A stretch of DNA of 64,000 nt from Candidatus Velthaea sp. (GCA_965214935.1 CBDCCS010000001.1:1-64000); one strand, 5' to 3'. Positions 20,344-29,802 are shown, numbered from the stretch's first letter. Made by a program: numbers and translations. Notes: generated from the letters alone by a model not told the origin.

Positions 20344-21068
20344 TTGAGGAGGTCCATCGCAGTTCGCTCAACGCCGCCGCGAGCTTGGCCCGCGGCATGC
20401 AAGGCGGAAAACGCGCGATACGCTTCAGCAAGTTTTTCTAGGCTCGCATCTACGTCGATCGAGCCGACGTCACGCGCGTACGTAGCTACTCCGGCGAACG
20501 TACCATCGGCCGGCGTGCCTATATGCGGCGGGATGCCCTGCGGAGCGCCGACACGCGCATCGCCCAAGCGAATCGGTTGAGTGCCCGCGGGGAAACGCGC
20601 CAACGCGATTTTTCCGGCAGTGATGCGCTCGACGCTGCGTTCAGCCGTGCGTGGATCGACCGTGGTTCGCGAATACGACAGCGTGCCGTCGCTTTCGAGC
20701 CGCGCATTTTCGCAGCGACCGAGCACGTTATCGCGCGACGGCAACTGTAAGGGAGCGGGAACATTGCCGCGCGCGTCGCCGCCGGGATAACCTAACACCG
20801 CGCTGCCGTCGGTCGTCCGCAACACTCCGCCGTCGAGCGTGAAGCTACCGTCGCGCGTAAATGCACGCGTGCCGTCCGGTTGCGTGACGACGAAGAACGC
20901 ATTGGGCGGCGCGCTGACGCTTAAGGGATCGGCGGCAACTTCAGGGCGGCGCCGGCTGACATTCACGTCGTTATTGACGGCGAATCCACCGTTCGTATAG
21001 GCGCGCAACACGTCTTGCGCGCGAGCTTGGATTCTACCGAGGGCGTCGATCGTAGCCGCGGAAACCAT
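20340..21068 (-). CDS. Divergent FlgF/FlgG-like rod/hook protein
   Basis: FFVV.QPDGTRAFTRDGSFTLD..VLRT.DG..VLG and IALARFP; C-terminal D0-like helix. Confidence 0.75.
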   Translation of the reverse strand: MVSAATIDALGRIQARAQDVLRAYTNGGFAVNNDVNVSRRRPEVAADPLSVSAPPNAFFVVTQPDGTRAFTRDGSFTLDGGVLRTTDGSAVLGYPGGDARGNVPAPLQLPSRDNVLGRCENARLESDGTLSYSRTTVDPRTAERSVERITAGKIALARFPAGTQPIRLGDARVGAPQGIPPHIGTPADGTFAGVATYARDVGSIDVDASLEKLAEAYRAFSALHAAGQARGGVERTAMDLLK

Positions 21069-21070
21069 CG

Positions 21071-21598
21071 TCAGACGGCCTCGATCTGCGTTCCGGCTGC
21101 GTGCAGCGCAAAGCGCGCTCGCGCGAGCGCACGATCGACGTTCGCGCGCAAGTGCGGTGCGCATAACGCGATCACGCGCGTCGTCGCACCGTCACGGCGC
21201 ACGAGCAGTTGCACGCGGCCGTCAGCGGCTTTGATCGCCAGTGCCGCCGGCCGCACGGCAACGTTCGCCATCCGCGTAACGAGCGCGCGTTCGATGCGTT
21301 TGGACAGATCGGTCGCCGGCGAACGGCGTTCGACTTCACCGGTGCCTGCCCGTTCGCCGGACCGCGCACCACGCTGCTCCGACTGCGCCGCCATCGGCCG
21401 TAACTGCGTTTGACGCACGTTGCGCTGCGCAGCGGCGGCACAATGAACCGGCGTTCCGTCAACTATCGTACGATGCGCCGCCGCCGTTTCTGTTTGCGAC
21501 ACATGTAATGCTGAATACCATGCTTGAGATAGCGCTCGCCGATCGGTGCTTGGAAGCTGGGTCGCCACGACGGCGACGGACCGCGTTGCAGAATTCAT
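21071..21598 (-). CDS. Hypothetical protein; C-terminus resembles the FliK/SctP (T3S4) domain
   Basis: GRVQLLVRRDGATTRVIALC...VDRALARARFALHAAGTQIE pattern plus position in the cluster. Confidence 0.5.
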   Translation of the reverse strand: MNSATRSVAVVATQLPSTDRRALSQAWYSALHVSQTETAAAHRTIVDGTPVHCAAAAQRNVRQTQLRPMAAQSEQRGARSGERAGTGEVERRSPATDLSKRIERALVTRMANVAVRPAALAIKAADGRVQLLVRRDGATTRVIALCAPHLRANVDRALARARFALHAAGTQIEAV

Positions 21599-21629
21599 GA
21601 CCGCAGCATACCAAGCTCCGATCACAGCT

Positions 21630-23193
21630 TTACGACGAACTTATTGCCGTCCGGCGACGGCCGTCGTCGAAGCTTGCACCTTTCTGCAAATACATCGCGT
21701 CATGACTTAAATCGAAAGTCACGATAAAATTCTTGAGGATCGCGAGACCGATGTTACCGGCATCGGTCCGATCGGCAAATGCGCCTTTATCGGCAGTCAC
21801 GACGTCGGCTGGTGTCTGATAGAACGCCGCGTCGCCGAGCATGAGTTGGCCGAGCGCCGCACGGTAGGCCGGCATCGTGCCGCCGATACCGGACATCGCC
21901 GTTTTCTTGCCGTTCGGCGGCACGATGCCGGGATGCGCAACGACAAACGGATGATAAAGCAATAGTTCGCCGCTGTTGCCCGTATCGATCATGAACGGAA
22001 CGGTCAGCGTTCGATCGATCTGCACGCTCGCCTCGATGAGACCGCGATCCAGATCGAGCGCTACCCGCGTTCCGCGCGGCACGAACGAACCCGGTTCGCC
22101 GAAGCGCATGGTCTGATGCGCGAAATCCAATTCAACGAGCGACTCGGCGAAAAACGGAACACCCAGTATTCCCTTGATTTGCGCTACGCCCGCTCCGGCG
22201 CCGCGCAGATCGAGCGATAGGGCCGTCAAATCGTCCAGATGCGCGCTACCGATTTCCAGCCGCGGCAGCGCCAGAACGTGCATGCCGCCGGTCCGGTTCG
22301 CGCCTCTGACTTCGAGGACTCCTTGCTCGGAAAGACCGGCAGCTCGGGCAACCCGCGAGTCGAGCACAATGCCCGCAGCGCCGGTATCGAGCACGAAGTC
22401 GTAGGTGGTACCGGCAAGCGAAACGGCGCATGCAATGAGTGTATTGCGGATGAAAATCGGAACCGTTTGAACGGTCGGAGCGTGTATAATCCGCGTGACC
22501 AGCGGTGGCAAAAATCGCGTCGGCGATCGGCGCGTCGATCGCCAGCGACGTCGTTTTCTGCACGACGTCGAAAGCACGATCGCCGTCCGATGTGCGCATT
22601 GCAAACGGGAAGCGGTGTCCGCCGACATCTCGCCAGTCGGACAGGTCGATCGTCGCCGGCCCGTCGCCGTCAAGGTACTCGAGGCGCATCGGTAATCCGC
22701 TTCGGGTGTCGATCCAGAGTGTTTCCGGCTCGCCGCCCTGGGCGCAAACCTCAAGCCGCCACATCGGCCGTGAATCGAGCGTAGCGAAGCCCAAAAATTT
22801 CGCTCGCTCCGGCGCGTCGACAAAGGCGCCGCTTTCAACGAAATCCTCAGTCAGTGCGCGACGCCGTAGATAGCCGCTTAGTTCTCGCACATCACCGTTG
22901 GACGAACGAGTGAATAATCGGTTTCCGAGCCGCAACGTTGTTTCCGTACGCGGCCCCAGCCGCTCGTCGTTTCGTTCGTTCGAAGCGCTTCGCCAGGCGT
23001 GAAAGTCGCCCGTCAAACCCTCGCCGCTGAGCGTTCCGGCGAACTGCAGACTCGTTAGCCCGCGGACGTTCGTGGCAGCGGCGTAGCTCGCCAAGATCGA
23101 GCTGACCGGCGGAGCGGCGGGCGTTGCGTGCACTGCTGCCGGTGCGCCGGACGTGGAGAATGCCGCAATCAGCAATGCCAGCCGGGCGGCAAT
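21630..23193 (-). CDS. Secreted double-domain retropepsin-like aspartyl protease, frameshifted near 22507-22515
   Basis: Signal-peptide-like start (exact start uncertain: ATT 23193 or TTG 23175); one frame to ...DAPIADAIF, a second frame continuing PLVTRIIHAP... with FVLDTGA, GILG, FMIDTGN and GNIG. Confidence 0.78.
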
Positions 23194-23194
23194 C

Positions 23195-23779
23195 CTATGG
23201 GATCGTGCGGTACTTTGCGTACGACCCGAGGACGTTCTGGACGTAGTTTTGCGTTTCTGCATACGGTGGAACACCGCCGTACTTTTCGACGGCGCCGGGA
23301 CCTGCATTGTATGCCGCGACCGCCAAGCGGACGTCGCCGTTGAAGCGATCGAGCAAACCCCGGAGATACCGGGTTCCGCCCGCGACGTTTTGGCTCGGAT
23401 CGTAGGAGTCGCGCACGCCGACGGACTGCGCGGTCGTCGGCATCAATTGCATGAGGCCTTGTGCGCCCACGTGCGAGGTGGCATTTGCGTTGAAGCCCGA
23501 CTCGTTGGCGATAATAGCTTTCACTAGCGACGGATCGACTTGCCACGCCGCGGCATTGCGCCCGACAAGCGAGTCGATCTCGGCCGGAGCGACCGGTGCC
23601 GGCGCCGGCCCGCCGGCCGATGCCGTAGCGGCAAACGGTGACGTCGTACCGCCGTTTGCCATGGCCGAAGCCAGCGTGGCCGAGAAGGCCGCTGCTCCGC
23701 CGGCATCGGGGGACGGCGAAGTTCCGGTGATTTCGGCGATCCGGCTCTGGACCGCCGCGATGTCAGCGCTGATATCCAT
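23195..23779 (-). CDS. Lytic transglycosylase (SLT domain)
   Basis: AIIANESGF, GAQGLMQLMP, AAYNAG, ETQNYV. Confidence 0.93.
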   Translation of the reverse strand: MDISADIAAVQSRIAEITGTSPSPDAGGAAAFSATLASAMANGGTTSPFAATASAGGPAPAPVAPAEIDSLVGRNAAAWQVDPSLVKAIIANESGFNANATSHVGAQGLMQLMPTTAQSVGVRDSYDPSQNVAGGTRYLRGLLDRFNGDVRLAVAAYNAGPGAVEKYGGVPPYAETQNYVQNVLGSYAKYRTIP

Positions 23780-25028
23780 CAGACAACATATCGGTCAATA
23801 TCCCTAGCTGCGTGAGGGTGGAGTCAAAAGAAGCCGGAGCCGACTGGCGCAAAAAGCCGGCGATCTCGATTTCGGTCGCAACCGCGCGCCGGACCGCCGC
23901 GTCGCCTGCTCCGGGATCGAGGCCGAGACCGCGCGCATCCCGCGTGTCATCCAACAGCGAGACGGCACCCCGCAAGGTGCGGGCGCCTTCGAGATGTCGG
24001 CTCGAGGCGACGTCGCCGAGCGTCCGGCTTGCGGATGCCGGGAGATCGATTGCGGGAAACCATCCCCGCGCCGCAAGCCGCTCGGACAGCACGACGTGGC
24101 CGTCGAGAGCAGCGCGGCACGCCTCACCGACCGGATCGCGCGGATCGGGGCCGTCCGAGAGCACCGTCGCGACAAGCGTAATCGATCCCGTCTGGAAGGC
24201 GCCGGCGGTTTCGATCAGCTGTGCAAGCACCGCAAAGACACTCGATGGATAGCCTCCGCGGCCGGCGGGTTCGCCGGTCGCCAGCGCAATGTCGCGGGCG
24301 GCGCTTGCGATACGCGCCAAGCTGTCCACGACGAGCAAAACCCGTAGACCGCGGCGCCGCAGGGCATCGGCTTGTGCGAAGGCGGTGTGCGCAGCGCGCA
24401 AGCGTTCGGCCGCGCTTCGATCGCTCGTTGCACAGATCAGCGTTGTTCGGGCACCGATCGTTTGCAGCCAACGCTCAGCTTCCCGCCCGCGTTCGCCGAT
24501 AAGGGCGATTACGCTGACATCGGCGTTCGAGCCGGCGACAATCGTCTCGAGCAACGTCGATTTGCCGCAACCCGGCGCGCCGAAGATTCCGATTCGAGCA
24601 CCGGCACCGAAAGCCAACGGCCCATCGATCGCGCGCACGCCGGTCACGAAGAGGTCGCTGACCGCTCGACGTTCGGCGGGCGGCGCTGCACGAAGCACAA
24701 CCTGCCGGCTCGTCCGTCCTCGAGTCGGCGGACCGCCGTCGATCGGCGTGCCGAGCGCATCGATGGCCCGGCCGAGGCAAGCGGTGCCGAGGGTCAGGTC
24801 GAGTGCTGACGGATCGCTCGCGACTGAGTCACCGACGCCGATGCCTTCGACAGCTGCAAACGGCGCGAGCATCGCCCGTTGACCGGCAATCGCCGTAACG
24901 CGTGCCGGTATCGTGCGCCCCGATCGGGTCGTTATACGAACGCCGCTACCGACGCAGAGCGTCGGAAGCGCGGCTTCGACGAGTGCACCGTGCGTTGCGG
25001 TGACGGCTCCACCGACGGCGCCGATCAT
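23763..25028 (-). CDS. fliI: Export ATPase FliI/SctN
   Basis: GAPGCGKST, IGERGRE, VDSLAR, GEP...GYP, LDGHVVLS, PAID...SASR; ATG at 25028 overlaps the fliH stop. Confidence 0.92.
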   Translation of the reverse strand: MIGAVGGAVTATHGALVEAALPTLCVGSGVRITTRSGRTIPARVTAIAGQRAMLAPFAAVEGIGVGDSVASDPSALDLTLGTACLGRAIDALGTPIDGGPPTRGRTSRQVVLRAAPPAERRAVSDLFVTGVRAIDGPLAFGAGARIGIFGAPGCGKSTLLETIVAGSNADVSVIALIGERGREAERWLQTIGARTTLICATSDRSAAERLRAAHTAFAQADALRRRGLRVLLVVDSLARIASAARDIALATGEPAGRGGYPSSVFAVLAQLIETAGAFQTGSITLVATVLSDGPDPRDPVGEACRAALDGHVVLSERLAARGWFPAIDLPASASRTLGDVASSRHLEGARTLRGAVSLLDDTRDARGLGLDPGAGDAAVRRAVATEIEIAGFLRQSAPASFDSTLTQLGILTDMLSDGYQR

Positions 25029-25486
25029 TCGGCCACCGCTGCGATGACCGCTGCAAGCCGCACGCCGAGACGAGCGTCGATCGTGCCGCTGCGGCACTCG
25101 AGGACGGCGTCGCCTGGCTCGAGCGTCGGATCGACCACGAGCGGCAGTTCGCAGCAGACCGCTGCATCTGCGGTCGCTACCCGCAGCCGCAGTGGTTCTT
25201 CGGCAAGGCGTTCGGCGATCACCCGGCTCGCGATAGCTGCCAGGTCGACGCTTCCCAACCGTAATTCGCGCGCAACAACGTCGACGGCGAGGCCGCAGAC
25301 GAGGTCGCCGAGCACGGCATCGAACGCATCGCGCAACGCCGCTTGAAATATCCGCGCCGCACCGATCGCATGTGCGGTCTCCGTCTCCGCCGTCCCAGCC
25401 GGCGCCCGATCGCGCAGCGGCTCGTCCGCGGGCCTGACATCGCTCGTCACGCTGGACACGCGCGAACCGAGTTCCGGTATCGCCAT
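25025..25486 (-). CDS. fliH: Short FliH/SctL-like protein (start uncertain; possibly GTG at 25574 with a frameshift)
   Basis: C-terminal DPTLEPGDAVLECRSGTIDARL motif; upstream of fliI; GGAG 10 nt before the ATG at 25486. Confidence 0.7.
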   Translation of the reverse strand: MAIPELGSRVSSVTSDVRPADEPLRDRAPAGTAETETAHAIGAARIFQAALRDAFDAVLGDLVCGLAVDVVARELRLGSVDLAAIASRVIAERLAEEPLRLRVATADAAVCCELPLVVDPTLEPGDAVLECRSGTIDARLGVRLAAVIAAVAE

Positions 25487-25560
25487 CGCCGGTTTTCTCC
25501 GGTACGTCGATTGCGGACGGCCGAAGCAGCACGTCGGCAAGCCGAATAAAGCCGGCGGCG

Positions 25561-27034
25561 TTAGGCGCGGGCACGAAGTAACTCCTCGGCATCGGGCACG
25601 AGCGGTGACGCCGCGCGAGCTAATCGTCGAACGATCGCGGCGCGCTCGTCGGCGGGATAGAGTTCGAGCACCGCCGTCGCAGTTGCGGCGGGAAGCGCTG
25701 AGATAATGGCCGCGGCAATGTGCGGCGGTTCGCCCGCCAGAGCACCGCGAACGCGCACCGGCGCAATTCCCGCCACATCGCGCGTTGTGTGTCTGACCGT
25801 CGCCGAATCAACCAGCTTGAGTGTTAAGGCATAAGCCGGTCGCGCACCGCAGAAGATCGCGCACGCAATTGCACATGCAACGATCGTTTGCGGCAGCACG
25901 CCCGCGAACGCGCCGAACACTGCCCAGCGCGAGACCGGTATACGCGCCGGAGCAGCATCGGTCGAGAAATGCACTTCTTGCACTTGCAGCACGTCACCGC
26001 GCCGCGCATCCAGACCCGCCGTCGCGGCGGCTAAGAAACGGATTTTCTCGAGGTCGAGATGTTTGACCGCATCGACAAAGACGGCGACCGACCGCCGTAA
26101 GGTCGTACCGGGAAGCGCGACTCGGACTTCGTCATGGGTGTCAGCTGCCGCGATCTTCGACAGAATTGGATTTCGTGTACTTCTTGACGCTCGATGAATA
26201 GCGCTCGTCGCTCGCCGAGCGTGCAATGGCGCCGGCCAGGGGCGTGCGGCGGGTGTCGTGAACGTCGCGTCGCTCGTCGAACACTTCGCGATGCACGCGC
26301 ACGATCGTCGCATTGAGACCGAATGCCGCATCGAGCGCCGACTGCAACGCGAGTTGCACTCCTTCGCCATCGGCATCACCATCGGCCGGCGCGTCGACTG
26401 CCAAACCGCGATCGTCGAGTACGGTAACGTGCGCCGCATCGAGCCCCGGCACGCCTCCGGCGACGAAGGCGCGAATACCGGCCAGCGTTCGGGCGTTGAC
26501 GTGCGCACCTCCGGCCAGCGTGATGCGCACGCTTGCGGACGCGTCGTGCGAGGTTTCGTCGGCATACATTCCGGTGCGCGCCGGCGCAATGATCACCCGG
26601 GCATCCGCAACGCCGTCAAGTCCACGTAGACCCGATGCCAAATCGCCGGCCAAACCGTCGCGCGTTTGCGCTTCGAGTACCGACTGCGGCGTCAGCGCGC
26701 CGGCATGCGCGAACATTTCGGCCGAACTGGCGAGATGCGGATGCGGGACGCCGGCGATCGATAAGCGCAGCAGGATGTCGCTACGTTTCGCTGCTGCAAC
26801 GCGCACGTTATCGGCGACCGGTGCAAAGGCGATGTTCCAAGCGGCAAGACGCGTTTGCACTTCGGCAACTTGTTCGGCGGTCAGCGGCGTGGCGAACAGG
26901 TCGATCCGGGTGTCGCGGGTGGTAGCGAAGCCGGCGACGACGAGTGCGATGCCCAGGCATGCCAACGCGCCGTACATCGCCTTTAACTTGAGCGGTAACG
27001 CGAGTAGCCGGGTCATTATCGGCGCGAAACGCAT
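25561..27034 (-). CDS. fliF: FliF/MS-ring protein fused to a FliG-middle-like domain; single extra base at about 26143
   Basis: N-terminal TM, ring motifs (DLASGLRGLDGVADARVII, SASV, VAGGVPGL...VTVLDDRG), then RSVAVFVD, GLDARRGD, a second TM and EPPHIAAAIISAL in the shifted frame. Confidence 0.8.
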
Positions 27035-27037
27035 CGC

Positions 27038-27319
27038 TTAAATCTGCATTCCGAGCAGCGAGTTGAGCGCTTGCGCAGCGTGCTGCACGCCGGATGTTGC
27101 GACGGCCAGAGCGATATCCGCGCGAGCGCGTTCGACGACCATCTCCTGAAGACCGCCGGTCTTTGCCGCGAAGGCCGCTTCCGCTGCTGCGGCCCGATCG
27201 AGTTGCACGCTCGCAGCATCGACGAGTTGCGCGAAACCGCCGCCGAGTGAAGGCGTCGCGGCGCCCGGCCCGGCCGGCCCGCTGACCGGCATATCCGGTA
27301 CGATCGGATCGATGCGCAT
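27038..27319 (-). CDS. fliE: FliE
   Basis: FAQLV...LQEMVVERARADIAL...ALNSLLGMQI C-terminus. Confidence 0.85.
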   Translation of the reverse strand: MRIDPIVPDMPVSGPAGPGAATPSLGGGFAQLVDAASVQLDRAAAAEAAFAAKTGGLQEMVVERARADIALAVATSGVQHAAQALNSLLGMQI

Positions 27320-27714
27320 CAGGTGCGCCCGAGATCGATGGTTCGTTCGGCAAGACGTTTGCCGATATCGAAGATCGAAGCATGTTGTTCGTAGGCGCGC
27401 TGCGCGTCGAGGACGGCGATCATCTCGGCTAGTGCGTCGCCCGAGCCGGGTTCAGTCCGAACGCCGGTCAGCGTTAATAGGGCGGACGCGTCATCGTTCG
27501 AGCCGTCGTCGCCGGCACTTTGGTCGTCCGAGGCATCGCCGGTAGACGGAGCGCCGAACTGAGCGACCAGTCGTGAATACGGATGGTTGGGTGTACTTGC
27601 TTGGGCCGCAGCGACGTTGCGCGCGGCAAGATCGAGCACCGTTCGCTGGGCGCTCATTCCACTCGCTGCGGCGCTTAACAGGTCCATTTCGCTGACCGAT
27701 CCGGTGTCGAGCAT
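27319..27714 (-). CDS. flgC: FlgC-like proximal rod protein (divergent)
   Basis: AASGMSAQR..LDLAARNVAAA and EMIAVLDAQRAYE...TIDLGR. Confidence 0.8.
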   Translation of the reverse strand: MLDTGSVSEMDLLSAAASGMSAQRTVLDLAARNVAAAQASTPNHPYSRLVAQFGAPSTGDASDDQSAGDDGSNDDASALLTLTGVRTEPGSGDALAEMIAVLDAQRAYEQHASIFDIGKRLAERTIDLGRT

Positions 27715-27906
27715 TTACTTCGCCACCGTCCGCAGTTCGCTCAGCCGAGCGTGCAGTGCGCCGAGCAGAGCCTCCTGAAAAACTGCGGCCTGCGCGATTT
27801 TGGCCATCTTCGGTTCATCGACGCTCGCCGAACGCGTAAGCTGCGCGAGCGTTGCTCTAGCAGTGCGGCTCGCCGCTACGGTGGCATTACCGAAATCAAG
27901 TTCCAT
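27715..27906 (-). CDS. Miniature FlgB-like protein (63 aa)
   Basis: First gene before flgC-fliE-fliF; VDEPKMAKIAQAAVFQEALL..L..RLSELRTVAK resembles the FlgB C-terminal helix. Confidence 0.5.
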   Translation of the reverse strand: MELDFGNATVAASRTARATLAQLTRSASVDEPKMAKIAQAAVFQEALLGALHARLSELRTVAK

Positions 27907-28068
27907 ACGGCAACCGTACCGGGCGCATATGAGCGGAAGGTTACCGCGGGGTGAGGAACCACGTTTGGTGCGCTACGGTCGAATGTTCCGACGGCAGCGG
28001 ACCCCCTCCACCACCGCTGCCGTCACCTCTTGGATCGATCGTCGTCCGCTCGACGGGCACGGGCGAAG

Positions 28069-29802
28069 ATGAGCGCGCCGGGCATCCCGGGCGATCCGCT
28101 GCGCATCCTCGCGGGCTTACGCACCGCCGCCCGGGCGACCGGCAACGGTACCTTGCTCGACGCTGCGACGGCGGTCGAGTCGGCTTACGATGCGCTCGCC
28201 CTCGAGCACATGAATCTCACCAGCCGCCTCGCCGCGGCCGGCTTGCAGGTACAACGCGAGATTCAGAAAGCGCAAACGATCGCGCGCGTCGCGGAAACCG
28301 TCAATTCATCGCTCGAGCTCGATGTCGTCTTGCGCCGCGTGCTCGATATTGCCGTCGACGTCCTCAGCGCGCAGCGCGGTTTCGTCATGATTGCCGATGA
28401 AACGACCGGCGCGTTGCAGCTTGCGGCAATGCATGGACTCGACCGCGCTTCGCTTGACTCCGACGAAATGCGCCCATCGCATACGGCCGTGCAGCGTGTA
28501 TTCGATTCGGGGGAGACGCTCGTGACGACGGATGCTCAAAGCGATCCGCGCTTCAACTCGCAGGTCTCGGTGCGCATCCTCAACCTGCGTTCGATTATTT
28601 GCGTACCGCTCATCAGCAAGATGCGGCGCATCGGGGTGGTGTATCTCGACTCCCGTGTAACGCCCGGACTTTTTACGCCGCAGGATCCCAGCCTGCTCAT
28701 CGCGTTCGCCAATCAAGCCGCGCTCGGCATCGAGAACGCGCGCCTTTTCAACGAACAACGAGCACGGTTACGTGAAATCGTCCTGCTCGAGGAATTGCAA
28801 GCTAAAGTCCTGGGCTCGATTACCAACGGAGTCATCACGATCGACGCGGCCGGAACGATCACGGCGTTCAACGACGCGGCGGCCGAGACGTTCGGCGTGT
28901 CGGCTGCTGCGATGAACGGCCGGCCGGTCAGCGCGCTTGCACCGTACGTGCCGTGCTTGTCGGCATTGCTCAATTCAACGGATTCGATCGGGAAGTCGCT
29001 CGAAGTCGAGGCCGTTCATCCGACGCGCGGTAACCTCACGTTGCAAATTCGCATTGCTCCGCTCGACCTCGGCGACAGCGAGCGGCGCGTTACGTATAGC
29101 GTCGCCATTGCAATCACCGATTTAACCGAACGTCGCGCGCTCGAAACGCTGCATCAAACCGACATCGAGCAGCGAGAGGCAATCGGTGATGCCTTCTCCC
29201 GCTACCTTGCGCCACACGTCGTCGAATCGCTCATGAAAGCGCCGTCCGCCGTTGAATTAGGCGGCGAACGGCGCACCGCAACGATTCTTTTTGCCGATAT
29301 TCGCGATTTCACAAAAATGGCAGCGCGTTTGGAAGCCGAGCGCGTGGTCGAGATTCTCAACGCCTACTTCGAGGCAGCGGTCGGCGTGCTCTTCGAGCAC
29401 GACGGCTTACTGGATAAGTTTTATGGCGACGGTTTGATGGCCGTCTTCGGACCGCCGCGCGTGCGGCCCGACGACGCGGCCCGGGCGCTGCGTTCCGCCG
29501 CGCGGCTGCACCAAGTCGTCCGCGAGCTCGAGCCGGTCATCCGCGAACCGCTGCGAATTTCCGTCGGCTTAGCGACCGGTGACGTCGTCGCCGGTCATAT
29601 CGGCAGTACCCGGCGGCTCGATTACACCGTCATCGGCGACGCCGTCAATCTTGCATCGCGGCTGCAGTCGGCCGCCCCGCCGGCCGCAACGTACTGCGAT
29701 GAAACGACGTACCTGCGCTCCGGCCTCAATCTGCGCGGCGAACGGCTGCAGGCGAAGATTAAAGGCCGCGACGACCTCGTTACGGTGTATCGCTTAACTT
29801 GA
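28069..29802 (+). CDS. Class III adenylate cyclase with GAF and PAS domains
   Basis: GAF (DAQSDPRF, CVPL, GVVYLDS, NQAALGIENARL), PAS (GVITIDAAG..FN.AA), cyclase (FADIRDFT, DKFYGDG, YTVIGDAVNLASRL). Confidence 0.92.
   Translation: MSAPGIPGDPLRILAGLRTAARATGNGTLLDAATAVESAYDALALEHMNLTSRLAAAGLQVQREIQKAQTIARVAETVNSSLELDVVLRRVLDIAVDVLSAQRGFVMIADETTGALQLAAMHGLDRASLDSDEMRPSHTAVQRVFDSGETLVTTDAQSDPRFNSQVSVRILNLRSIICVPLISKMRRIGVVYLDSRVTPGLFTPQDPSLLIAFANQAALGIENARLFNEQRARLREIVLLEELQAKVLGSITNGVITIDAAGTITAFNDAAAETFGVSAAAMNGRPVSALAPYVPCLSALLNSTDSIGKSLEVEAVHPTRGNLTLQIRIAPLDLGDSERRVTYSVAIAITDLTERRALETLHQTDIEQREAIGDAFSRYLAPHVVESLMKAPSAVELGGERRTATILFADIRDFTKMAARLEAERVVEILNAYFEAAVGVLFEHDGLLDKFYGDGLMAVFGPPRVRPDDAARALRSAARLHQVVRELEPVIREPLRISVGLATGDVVAGHIGSTRRLDYTVIGDAVNLASRLQSAAPPAATYCDETTYLRSGLNLRGERLQAKIKGRDDLVTVYRLT

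Noticed and set aside
25029..25592. Apparent 188-aa N-terminal extension making FliI 609 aa
   Set aside because: Overlaps fliH in another frame; the ATG at 25028 couples to the fliH stop and gives a normal-length ATPase.
13578..27906. Canonical injectisome (non-flagellar T3SS)
   Set aside because: Contains FliE, FlgC, rod-like and two-TM FliF-type genes, and lacks secretin, SctD, needle and translocon genes in the window.
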